Shown: piece after piece, positions 12,014-22,708 of the stretch | How positions within the stretch are numbered: position 1 is the first letter of the stretch | Layout: each line of letters opens with the position of its first letter | Source: Asterias rubens | Taxonomy: Eukaryota | NCBI RefSeq assembly: GCF_902459465.1 | Contig: NC_047068.1 | Location: 18,042,001 to 18,106,000 of the forward strand | Length of the DNA stretch: 64,000 nucleotides | Direction of reading: 5' to 3' | Position numbers and translations under genes: made by a program | Notes under the pieces: generated by a model | What the model was told of the DNA's origin: nothing | The model's database searches: none | Seen by the model: the letters and a program-made list of their open reading frames with translations, nothing else

Positions 12014-13482
12014 TTTCAAGGGATATCTTGAGAGAGCAAAACAATTGAAACTTGGAGTTAATTGTCATTTATTGGTTTATTTCATTATCTCCCTTTGATT
12101 TACTTTCAAATTATAATGTGAAAACCAGTACTAAGCCTCCCGAAAAATACTCGAATTGAGGAAATAGCACCCCCCCCCCCCTCCATAAATCAAAACATCA
12201 AGATCTCTGACAAGACATAGCTTCACGCTTATTTTGACTTATTCATAAACACAGTTTCATGTAAACATTTGGGTTGGTTGTGGGGTGGGGGGGGGGGGTG
12301 AAACAGAGAACCAGAATCATCCACACTAACATAAGACTCTTATGAAGCTGAAACTCATTTGTTTTGGTTTGATAAACCCTTTAAAACAATGACATTTTAT
12401 TTACAACCAAAACAAAGAAATGAGCAAGCATTCTCTTTCTTACAATTTTTTTATATTTTTTATTATAGTATTTTCAGCTGATAAAAAATATTTCTAGGGG
12501 CATTATCGTCATGATCAAAGCAGGCCGATGGCATGGCATTATTGCCCTTTGTAAAACCATGGTATGGCTTCGTCAGTTTTGTAGAAAACATGCACTTTCT
12601 TTAATTACAGGGCTTGTGTTATTGTAACAGGTGGCTAGAGGCCATTCCCAAGCCCTAGTTTAGAAAACACTGGGCCTAATTTCATAGGGCTGCTTAAGCC
12701 CAAAATATTGCTGAGCAATTTTCTGCCAAGCAGAAATGAGCAGAATACCAGTCACAAACTTTGCTTGTGACATGGTAGTTTGGCTGGTAACCTTATCCTG
12801 GTAGGCAAAAATTGTTTGTACTAAGCTACTTCTTGTGTTAAAGCAGCTCTATGAACTTGAGCCCTGGTTGCAAACGGTGCCTTGCTAACATTTTTCTTAG
12901 CTCAACAACAAACTGCACAATATATTTTATCCTCTGAAGACATTCGGTGGTATTGCATGCACCCATCTTGTCGTGTTCTGTTAATATTCCATGTATTCTA
13001 TACTAGAATTGGATACGAAAAGTAGTTCAGGGGCCTTGAACTACATTCAAGCCTAGATTTGGTTCCAGTGACTTTAATGGAAGAGTAAATGAGATGGATG
13101 CACAAAAGCCAGTTGGTGGACACCAATCCAGTCCCATAGGGTGTATAAACACCAAAACATCAACAAAAACATCAACAGAAACGTATGTTGTCTGTTTGGA
13201 ACTTTGCTTCAAAATGGTGCTTTCCAAGCTGTGTTCGGTCTAATTTAGAGATTTAGTTTTGTGGTTTGTACACTTTATATAGACAGTCATCCAGCTGCCA
13301 CAATTTTGGTCCTGTTCCCTGTATTCCATTATAGTAATACAACCTTTTAGTCATTGTTCAAAAAGGAACCAGACTAATGCTCCTTCGAGGCTCAGTCTGA
13401 ATACATTGATTTGAATGGGATAAAATCAAGATGGCCGCACCATGATGGGTACTAGGAAGTCGAAAGTAACTTGAAGATAAGC

Positions 13483-14363
13483 TCAGATGTCCTCTGGGCT
13501 GAGAAGGGTTGCCGATATCGGGAACTTTTTCTGAAGAGTTGGTGATGGAGTGTACCTCTCTGTCGGCAAGAGCAGAACAATTATTATCGTTTTTTTCCCT
13601 GAAATCTGGCCTAATTTCATAAAGCTTTTACTATTTTAGCCGAAAATACTGCTTGACAAATTTCTTTGCTAAGCAAAAGATGAGTGTGGTACTGTACTAG
13701 TCAACATTGTAAATGTAGGGTAACTTTGGCTGGTAACCTGTTCCAGTTAAGCAATACCTTTCTGTGCCAAGCAAGTTCGTGTACTTGGGCTTATGGAAGT
13801 GGCCTTTCACAAATTAATTAAGAAGAAATGTTCTTACAAATCTCCTGCTTTATCCAAAAAAAAAGGTGGAGAGGAACAGTCGAAGATTGTACACTTTGAC
13901 TGTGACTGACGAGATGTTTTTGGCTTGTAAAACCAAATGATATAATTTATATTGTGCCTATGTGCTTGTAAAGCTACTCTATGAAGTCCTGAGCTCAATG
14001 GCATACACATTTAGTTATTTGCTTGGAGAAATCGATTCGAAAATGTGAAGAAAAAAAATGACACCCTGACTGATCTTACCAGGAGAGGGCGCTCTATCAC
14101 TGGGTAACGGTGGTTGGTCTGAATGAAGGCTCTGTGGTCGTATGCTGCTCGGGCCGACAAGTTCTCTGTCCAGGCACATACGCATGCGTCGCGCATGCGC
14201 TTCGGACTCGGCCTTCATCTCAAAATCTAAAAAAGAAAGTGTATCATGATTGTTTATAATGATCTTCCCGTCAAGGGTACTCGGCAAACTCAAACAAGGG
14301 GAAAAAACCAAGCTAGTACTTAGGCGCGATGAAGAAGTGTTTTCCGATTGTTTTATTTTGTAA

Positions 14364-14394
<31 letters not shown>

Positions 14395-17300
14395 TGGGGG
14401 GGGGGGGGGGTCACAGAAAATCTCCTGCCACCCTAGCATGAACATCTGACGTCACACTGAGATGTTGTGATTTACACAAGAGAGCTGCCGTTGATGAGCC
14501 CGCGTACATAATCACATTTTCATTCCCTTTCTTTAAGGTTCTGGAGATTCGCAGTCAAGCTCCACATACATTATGTGTATACAAATGAAACCAACACTCA
14601 AATGGATCAATTTCAAAAGTAGCTAAGTGCAACAAAATTATGCTATAAGCAGTTAAGCAAAATAATGTTCTATGCGGCCCGACAAGGACAGGGGTCAGTC
14701 TAACCGGCTTACCTGCCTCGCCGCTTAGCCCAGCATCAACCTTGAAGAAGAATATACCATCCCTGGACCAGTAGTTAGAGATCTTACTCAGCTCCCAGCG
14801 CTTGCAACATTTCGGTGGGTTCATGGTCACTAGACTTAGGGCATGGCGGGTTACGTGGAGGGTCATCTGGAACTCGGGTGCTACAAAGCCTTTTAATGTT
14901 TTCACCACCCAGCTTTCTAAAGAAGAACACAATAAATCGCCAATCGTAACGTTAAAGTTTCCATCTGTAGATGAGTTCGTTCATCACAAATGCCTGTCAA
15001 TCAGACACTGTTCGCCCGCAACAAAAAGATTCCAAAATCAAAATTAACACCTGTACTTTTCTTACGGTTGACTTTTCGTAATGATCCTTCTAAAATAATG
15101 TACTGTTAAATTTGTCTACCGTATTATGTACCAGGGATTACTTTTTTTTATGATCTTCTCGTCAAGGGAACTCGGCAAACTCGCACAAGTGGATATAAAC
15201 ACCAAGCAGGGCCCAATTTCATAGAGCTGCTTTAAGCAAAAAATGTTGCTTAAGCAAACAAATCGTTGCTTTGTAAAATCAGATTACCGGCTAAGACTCC
15301 ACTCAATTGTTATGCCAAGTAAACAACAGCTAAATATTAGTCACAAGCAATGGCATAAATTTTTGGCCAGTAGTAACATGTGTAAAATAAGCAAGCTATT
15401 TTTTTGCTTAAGCAGCTCAATAAAAATTGGGCCCTGGCAACAGCCAATATTGGTCCAACATCTATGGTTATGAATTGCACATCCTGTGATTCAGTAACTA
15501 GACGACAATACGTATAACAGTATTCTACTATAGTCATTGTGAAAGCAGCAGAATAGCTTGGTAGGATTCGAACCCTAAACCTACTAGGCAGAGCCATTAA
15601 AATATGTTTTAGCAAAAATATGTTTTTGCCACAAGATGAAACAACAAAACCTGTGACAACTTTCAAAGGTTCACCACTGATACGATTGAAAAAAAAGAAA
15701 AGAGTAACCATTGTTAAAGTAAGACTTGACCACTGTGTCCCACGAGCGTAGTTCCATCCCAATCCCACCATCATCACACGGCACTGGCTCCTGGAACACT
15801 ACCGTGTCTGTGACGAGAATCACGGCCCAGTATGCCGAGTTTTCTCGCTTCCTCTTCGGCTTCTGTAGGGCTCCCCTCTCGGTGCCGACCAATGTCTCCT
15901 TGGTCAGTGTGAAGGAACTCTTGAGGATTTTCTCCTTTTCGTTTTTGTAGATTTTCACTTGAAACAGACCTGAGGTATCCAGATTTGGTAAAATGGAAAC
16001 TGGTTGTCATATGAGTAGGTTTGTTATGTATTTATTATGTAGGATGTCTTGGTTTGCATTTTAAGGAAAAGATTTAGGATTGAACTATTTCTTTTTGAAT
16101 AGGCCTTTTTTTTAAACGAACTATTAAATCGGCTTACTTACCACTTTGTTGATTTCCCTGGAATATAACCCATCTCTGTACCAGATAAACGCAAAACAGA
16201 AGAAACCCTACGGTAAATAATTATGGACAAAATTAAGTTGATCCAAGAGAGGGCGCTATTAATATCGGACGCGGTTTTGGCTTTACACATGTACGTCGGA
16301 TATAACTGCAAATCTCCATAACCATGAAGGATGTGTGAAATGATAGGTCAATGAAAATAAAGGTGGTCAAGGACGTGGGCTCAACGGCAGATCTTGGCCC
16401 AATAGCATGGCTCTGCTTACCGCCGAATTCTGAGCTTACGATCACGATTCCCTGCTTACGTGCAAACGCCGAATTTCTGTGCTACATCGCTAGTTGTAAT
16501 AGTAGAATGCTTATCCCTAGTAACTTGGATTACGCATGCGCAGAAGCCAAAATTCGCCGCTAAACCGTGAAATTATACGTTTGCCAAAAGCACATAAATC
16601 CCTGCTCCCGTAAGTGCCGATGTTGTGCTTACGGTAAGCAGAGCCATGAAACTGGGCCTAGATCTCTGGCGTAATTCACGAGCCTCAAGACGTCAGCTCT
16701 TCAGGCTACCTCCTTTTGAGACGTCATGTTCGAGGCTCATGAATTACGTCAGGGCAGAGAGCTGCCGTTGAGTCCACGTCCATAATTACCCTTTTTACTC
16801 ACATTATTTCATATTGTCTTCATGGTTCTGATTCGCGGTTAAATTGTCCTGATTTGACGTGTGTATACATTGGGACCAGCCTACCTCATTTTGACCTCTT
16901 TGTATTATAGGCGAGGGCGCCCCATTCAAGTGAGCAGTGGATGCAAGGTCTACAATACGGGAGTTTTTTATGTAAAGTGCTTGATATACAAGTAAGCGCC
17001 CCACGAGCCTCCAAAGGTCGAAATAGTGATAGGCTTCATGGGTGATAAGCGAAAGTGCGTTACATCTGGTACACAAAGGGACTGATTATTTCTAGTGTAA
17101 ATAATGACCGAGATGATGATGAATGATCAGCTTTGTATGTGATTTTTGCAATTTCTGAGGCTCCCTTTCTTTGGGAATAGATGGGTTTATGCAACTTTTC
17201 TGATTCTAAATGAAGCATTGTGTGCATTGCAATGCAGGCTGTGCATGTTTTGCCTTGGTGATAATTCATACTCATTTTACTTGACAAGAATCATAGAATA

Positions 17301-20300
17301 ACTAACTATAGATTCATTATGTCACTACTATTCTGACTGTTATGTACAGGCCTACTGGATTTGCAACAACAGAAAAACAGGCGTGATATTTTTCCGGCTT
17401 TCAGAATTTTCTCGAAATCCCTTTCAGCCTACAAATTGAAAGTGCAGCATTCACCAAAGGAAAAAACAAACAGTTCACATTGTGTCAAAACCTGTATTAT
17501 TAACTTGGTATGTAGTGCAGCTGCTAAGGTGAACAATTGTGCACTTTGTGGTAAAAGCATGAAATTTGCTATGATGGTTGGTATTGGGCTAATAATCAAT
17601 TTAAGACTTGGACCCATCTTGGGTCTCTCCTATTTGGGGGCGGAGCATCATTTGCATAAAAAGGGGGGTCTTTGATATAAATATTGGGCAAAATCATACT
17701 TAGAATAATTTTTTTTTGTTCTTTTGACCAGAAATATAAACTTGAAAATCATAATTATAAGTTAGAACATAAATTAGTGGAAAAAATGCCCTTTTGTGGG
17801 CGGAGTTTCAATATTTCTACAAGTGGGCGTTTTTAAAACAAAGTGTTATCTTTAGTGAACTATTACTGTTTTTTAATTGTTTTTTTTAAGCTGATTTATG
17901 TTATTTGAATAGAAATACTATAAAAGAATACATTTTTCCATGAGTTTAAATAGTTTCTTTATTTATCCCCTCTTTTGTGGGCGGGGCCAGAGTAGTAAAC
18001 GAGGGTTCGCTAAATTACACATGTGTAATACAGCCAAGAATGCACAAGCAGCCAACAATCTCATCAACAACACAGGAATGAAAGTATGTCCTGGGCCGGA
18101 AAAATCTGATACTCTGTCATAGTAATGACATCAGACATACATGTACTGTAAAATCGTCGGTTATGTATGCTATGGCTATGGCAAACTCAAGCTCTCAAAT
18201 CACGCCATTATACCCGCACAGTGTGATCTGGCACCATGCCATGCAGGCCAGAACAATAAGTAAATTTTATATTAGCAGTTTTTTTGCAATTTTGAGAAAG
18301 GTTTGCAGTTAAACATATGGCGAAGAATCCACTCATACAGTGTAGTTATTCGGTTGGGATGTGTTGGAATGATCACTGAGCTGTAGCATACATGTCGGCA
18401 TACTGAAATAGGTAACATGTACAGGGAAAAGGAAAAGTGGTGAGTTGGTATTTGGTGAGGACATTAGAGAGGCCATTGAAATCTACCAGTACGACCCAAG
18501 TTAATGGGGGTTTAGGAAATGTGCTGTGGATAGAGGGTCGATATCCATTGGTCAGGAAGAGTAGGAGCCAAATGTCACTTAGCTGGAGGTTAATGTTTTG
18601 AAGAAGGGTGTCGTGCTGGTAACTTCAATGTCCTCTAATGCATTCGCGGTGCCAAGGCTTCTTGTTCTTCTTATCGTGTCCACACACACTATATATTGTG
18701 TTTCAGCCAGAACTGGACACAGTTCCTAGCAAGATCGCTGTACTCTGCAAGGTCCTCTGTTCTGTATTCCTGCTCCATAGTTTGTGGCTCTGTCTTACAT
18801 ATGCAGGTAACGTCTTCAGAGTCTAGATATCCCCACTTCTTGAGAGACACTTTGCACCGGCCAGTTGATGTTCCAAGTCTGTTGAGGCACTTCTATTCAG
18901 CCCAACTTGAGTCAGCATCAGGGGGGAGTTCTTCTGAAGCACTTATGTCCATGGATGTTCTAGGTGGAAGTTTACCAAGTCTCTCATGTCACATGGCAGT
19001 TCGAAGAGCCCTGGCTTCTGCACTTGGTTTGACTTTGTTGAGGAAGCTTTTCCTGGACCGAGTCTATTCATAGCAGGTGTGTGGCTGAATGGAGGGTTTC
19101 GCTCGTGGTCTGGCTATACCAGAAAGTTTGTACAGGCTATCAGTTGGTGTTGGTCTGAGGCATCCAGTGATGAGTCGGCATGTAGCATTGATGGCTGGAT
19201 CAATCTTCTTAGTGTGGGTAGATCTTTCCCAGACTGGGCACGCATACTCTGCAGATGAAAAACAAAGGGCTAAGGCTGTTGATCGAAAAGTGTCTGGACT
19301 GGCACTCCATCTTGTTCCAGTAAGTTTGCTGACAATGTTGTTTCTTGCACAGACTTTGGCTTTGGTCTTCGCAACATGGGTCTTAAAGGAGAGGCAGCGG
19401 TCTAGGGTGACACCTAGATACAATGTATGGTCACAGTTTTCAAGAAGAGCCCCAGACCAGGAGACGTTCAGTTGGCATTTGGCTTCACGATTACAGAGAT
19501 AAAAGGCTGAATGAGAGTGATGAGCTCTGCAGCACTCCAGTCAATTCGGTGGTCGGTTAAAGAATCCCTCGTTTTATGATGAAGTTTCTTGTGAGCGGAG
19601 GGTATATTGCCCTTATGCCTGCTTGATGGAACATACACGGAAGAAAGTGAGTAGTGGTAAGTGGTTGACCTTGGGTATGGGAACATATAGTTAAGTTTGG
19701 GGCGGCTTGGTGGTGTTAATCTGGTTGAAACTGTAGCTGTCCATACCATTGCGGTGACCCTACAATTGCCTTTAAAACTCCTCTGCAGAAGGTGACTGTC
19801 AAAATTGGGACCAGAAACAATATGATCCACAATCTCACTGGTAAATTCTTGTAGGCAAATGCCGAAACACTTTGCTCATCGGCGCTAGCTATCTGCCACT
19901 GGGGGCTGAGTATTGTGATCCAGTTTGGAGAAACTCTCAAGCCTACTCGATATTCAATTGAACAGCACCATGAGGACCATCGCTGGTGCTGTTAGCTGCA
20001 CAAAGACTGATTGGCTACCAGTCCTGAGTAAGGCAAATTTCCCTATTCAGATGATCCAAAGAGAGTGTGCCATATCAGTGATGGTTCTCTAAAGCTAAAG
20101 CAGAAGAGCGGCGCACGCAGTGACAAGGTCCAGACGGCACAAGTTCCTGATGAAAAAGGATCGCACCATCCAGTTCCCGGGGATAGACCTTCCCAGTGGT
20201 AAAATGTACCCCCTGAACCGGTTCCGCACTAACTCGTCACTCCAACTAGCCAATTCTCTTCACTCTGACTCAATTAATCAACTGCAGAGACAGCAAGGGT

Positions 20301-22156
20301 CAGTCGCACCGATCTCCTGTGTCCACGTCCTATAGAGCTTTGTGGTCGATTTCACTAGGCCAGGCAGTTGTTTACCCCAAGATGATCTTGGACGGCCTCT
20401 GGATATTTTCCAGCCAGGAGCTGGTGCTAGGCCTCCCCTGGAGTTGTTGGCGATGCAAAGAGCGTTTTTAGCTGGGTTGTTGTCAGCCAGGCGAGCGACA
20501 TGACAAAAGAAAGCAGAACGGCGGCATTGAATCACTCAGACTGGCAAACCCACAACTCCAACAGACCAACTCACAACTCCGACAAAGGCTATCCTGTCCT
20601 ATATATTGAACACCATAGACACAAGTTGTAGGAACCTTGAACAAGAGGTTGTGTTTAGATGCTAGGGTAATGAAAGAAGAACTGGTGTACAACGGTCAAT
20701 GTTGGTTATTTTTCATTGGAAACTGTGGTGGAGGGTGTTGTCTTGTTTCTTTGTGGTGGGGATCAGGCATAGACAGCTATTGCCAGACTGCCCTTGTCCC
20801 ATGGTGAACACGGTGAACTTGATGCTTGGGTGTTGCTGGTTGAGGTATCTGTATAGCATTTTGGGGGGCTGATGGGTAGAGTCGGGCCACATCATCAGTT
20901 CGAATGAGCTCTTGTGGGAATTTGGAGAGGCAAAAACTGTATAAGAATACTCAATATTAAGGCATCACTGCTGGTTCGATTTGTTTAGCACCCAATCGTT
21001 TACTCTCAAGAGGGAGCAACGAAGTGCTGTGAGTAAATTGTAAACGCTGTTACTGCAAACAACTATGTAGTGCATACTGAAAATGTAGAAATATTGTAAT
21101 TAAATGTCTATACATGTATTTACACGGTTTTGCATGTATCAGTACAACAATCAAGGGGCTAGAATGGCATGTTTTATTTTATCCCCACTTTCGAAAAATG
21201 TAACTCCCCCCACAAAAGGGGCAGGAATAAAGACAGTTATTAATTTTTAAATAATTATTTTACTATTATTATGTATTTTAGTCTAAAAGCTAAAAGAATG
21301 AGCAGAGAAAAGCAAATTTAGTCAAAATTAACATATTACATTTTTTACCCCCCACTTTCTTAAAAATACGACTCCGCCCACTAAAGGGGCAGAATTTAAG
21401 ACAGTTATTAATTTTTAAATAATTATTGAACTGTTATCATGTATTTTAGTCTAAAAAAAATGAGCAGAGAAAAGCAAATTTAGTCAAAATGACATTACAT
21501 TTTTTACCCCCCTTCTTTCTTAAAAATATGACTCCGCCCACAAAATGGGCAGAATTCAAGACAGTTATTAATTTTCAAATAATTATTGAACTGTTATCAT
21601 GTATTTTAGTCTAAAAAAATGAGCAGAATTGTTTTTCAAATAGTCAAAACTGACATTTAAATTTGTTACCCCCCACTTTCTTAAAACGTAGCCCCACCCC
21701 TAAAATGGGTGAGATCCAAGATGGGTCCAAGTCTTAAAATGATCTTTAGGGTGTATGTAACAACTGTAGGAAGTTTCATGCTTTTACCACAAAGTGCACA
21801 ATTTGTCCACATATGGGCCTTAGCAGCTGGACTAATGTGCAGAGTCTGCAACCTCCAGAATTGTAACATCTGGGAGGTTCCTGGAACGGGGGGAGAACCC
21901 CGTTTTTAGGCCTACACGAAAGTTATTCTCATACGACGTCAAAATCTCATGGATAACAAAAAATATTGAGAAGTTTCAATCCGAAACATTGCAAATTAGT
22001 TACACATCAGTATTGATTATAATTCTTCGCAAACATGGGAAGCGACTGTCAATGTGGGGAGTTCTGTTTCTTTTGATTTACCTTTCTAACTTTCCCGTTG
22101 TCAAGATTCATCTGGTCGAGGTAGCCTGTCCTAAGCCTCTTACATTCGTCATCCAT
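13483..22156 (-). CDS. DOK/IRS-family adaptor (PH + IRS-type PTB), DOK7-like, about 265 aa
   Basis: Phase-consistent exons 22156-22082, 16175-16142, 15969-15709, 14916-14713, 14226-14080 and tentative last exon 13559-13483. PH: RTGYL..KVRKRWVIF..VKIYKNEKEK..SSFTL..YWAVILV..LRSWDTVVKSYF. PTB: TLHVTRHALSLVTMNPPKCCKRWELSKISNY resembles DOK7 TLHLCNDVLVLARDIPPAVTGQWKLSDLRRY. Confidence 0.8.
15207..15436. mobile_element. GGGCCCAATTTCAT MITE family (possibly PIF/Harbinger-like), many copies
   Basis: TIR GGGCCCAATTTCATAGAGCTGC / GCAGCTCAATAAAAATTGGGCCC, usually flanked by CAG/CTG. Other full or partial copies near 5180-5452, 12670-12867, 13607-13806, 16360-16660, 23830-24006, 27982-28050, 54357-54530, 58905-59015, 60190-60429, 61180-61390. 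Confidence 0.8.
18455..18503 (+). mobile_element. Penelope-like GIY-YIG endonuclease relic
   Basis: Reads EDIREAIEIYQYDPS; the IREAIEI motif is typical of the PLE endonuclease C-terminus. Very short. Confidence 0.4.
18655..19500 (-). mobile_element. Vingi/ingi-type (I-group) LINE 3' fragment
   Basis: YLGVTLDRCLSFKTH...RNNIVSKLTGTRW...ALALCFSSAEYACPVW...CRLITGCLRPTP, later LNRL..STGRCKVSLKKWGY..TCIC, ending in a GACACGATAAGAAGAA-type tail; frameshifted. Confidence 0.85.
19740..20340 (+). mobile_element. Second, diverged Vingi/ingi-type LINE fragment in opposite orientation
   Basis: KIGTRNNMIHNLTGK..ALAICHWGAEYCDPVW..DIQLNSTMRTIAGAV..TDWLPVLS..PGIDLP..LNRFRT, with stops and frameshifts. Confidence 0.75.
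20640..20900 (-). mobile_element. Penelope-like RT relic
   Basis: YLNQQHPSIKFT matches the PLE reverse-transcriptase signature LN..HP.IKFT, followed by a decayed K.TN.DR motif. Confidence 0.65.
21180..21700. repeat. About 160-bp subterminal tandem repeat (3+ units) of the Academ-like element
   Basis: Recurring CCCCACTTT..ACTCCGCCCAC..GGGCAG..GACAGTTATTAATTT..ATGAGCAGA; degenerate inverted units at 17690-18000. Confidence 0.85.
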
Positions 22157-22329
22157 AAGAGCCGGGTAGGAATCTGTACCACCAAAGGCTGCCATGCCAA
22201 AGGCTCGCCCAATAATGAAGGGAAAAAATGCCACTGAAAGGATGTCAGAAATTAATGATTTGATGTTCATGATTGTGATTAATAGAAACAAAATCTCAGA
22301 GATTGGTCGTAGCAAAGATGAATGGTTAA

Positions 22330-22708
22330 AGGCAGTGGACACTATTGGTAATTACTCAAAATAATTATTAGCATAAAACCTTTCTTGGTGACAAGTAATG
22401 GGGAGAGGTTGGTGGTATAAAACATTGTGAGAAGCAGCTCCCTCTGAAGTGCCATAGTTTTGGAGAAAGAAGTAATTTTCCACGAATTTGATTTCGAGAC
22501 CTCAAGTTTAGAACTTGAGGTCTCGAAATCAACCATCTAAACGCACACAACTTCGTGTGACAAGGGTGTTTTCTTCTTTCATTATTATCTCGCAACTTTG
22601 ATGACCGATTGAGCTCAAATTGTCACAGGTTTGTTATTTTATGCATATGTTGAGATACACAAACTGTGAAGGCTAGTCTTTGACAATTACCAATAGTGTC
22701 CACTGCCT
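22330..22708. mobile_element. TTAA-flanked MITE family B (Kolobok-like)
   Basis: TTAA|AGGCAGTGGACACTATTGGTAATT ... AATTACCAATAGTGTCCACTGCCT|TTAA. Other copies at about 22929-23288, 45075-45442, 49315-49560 (partial), 53607-53924, plus a fragment near 80-125. Confidence 0.9.

Larger units (their letters stand above)
17513..21834. mobile_element. 4.3-kb Academ-like TIR element with nested retroelement relics
   Basis: Ends TAGTGCAGCTGCTAAG / CTTAGCAGCTGGACTA with over 100 bp of diverged inverted homology; 3-bp TSD ATG (17510-17512, 21835-21837). Lies in the long intron of the DOK-like gene; no transposase ORF. Confidence 0.75.
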
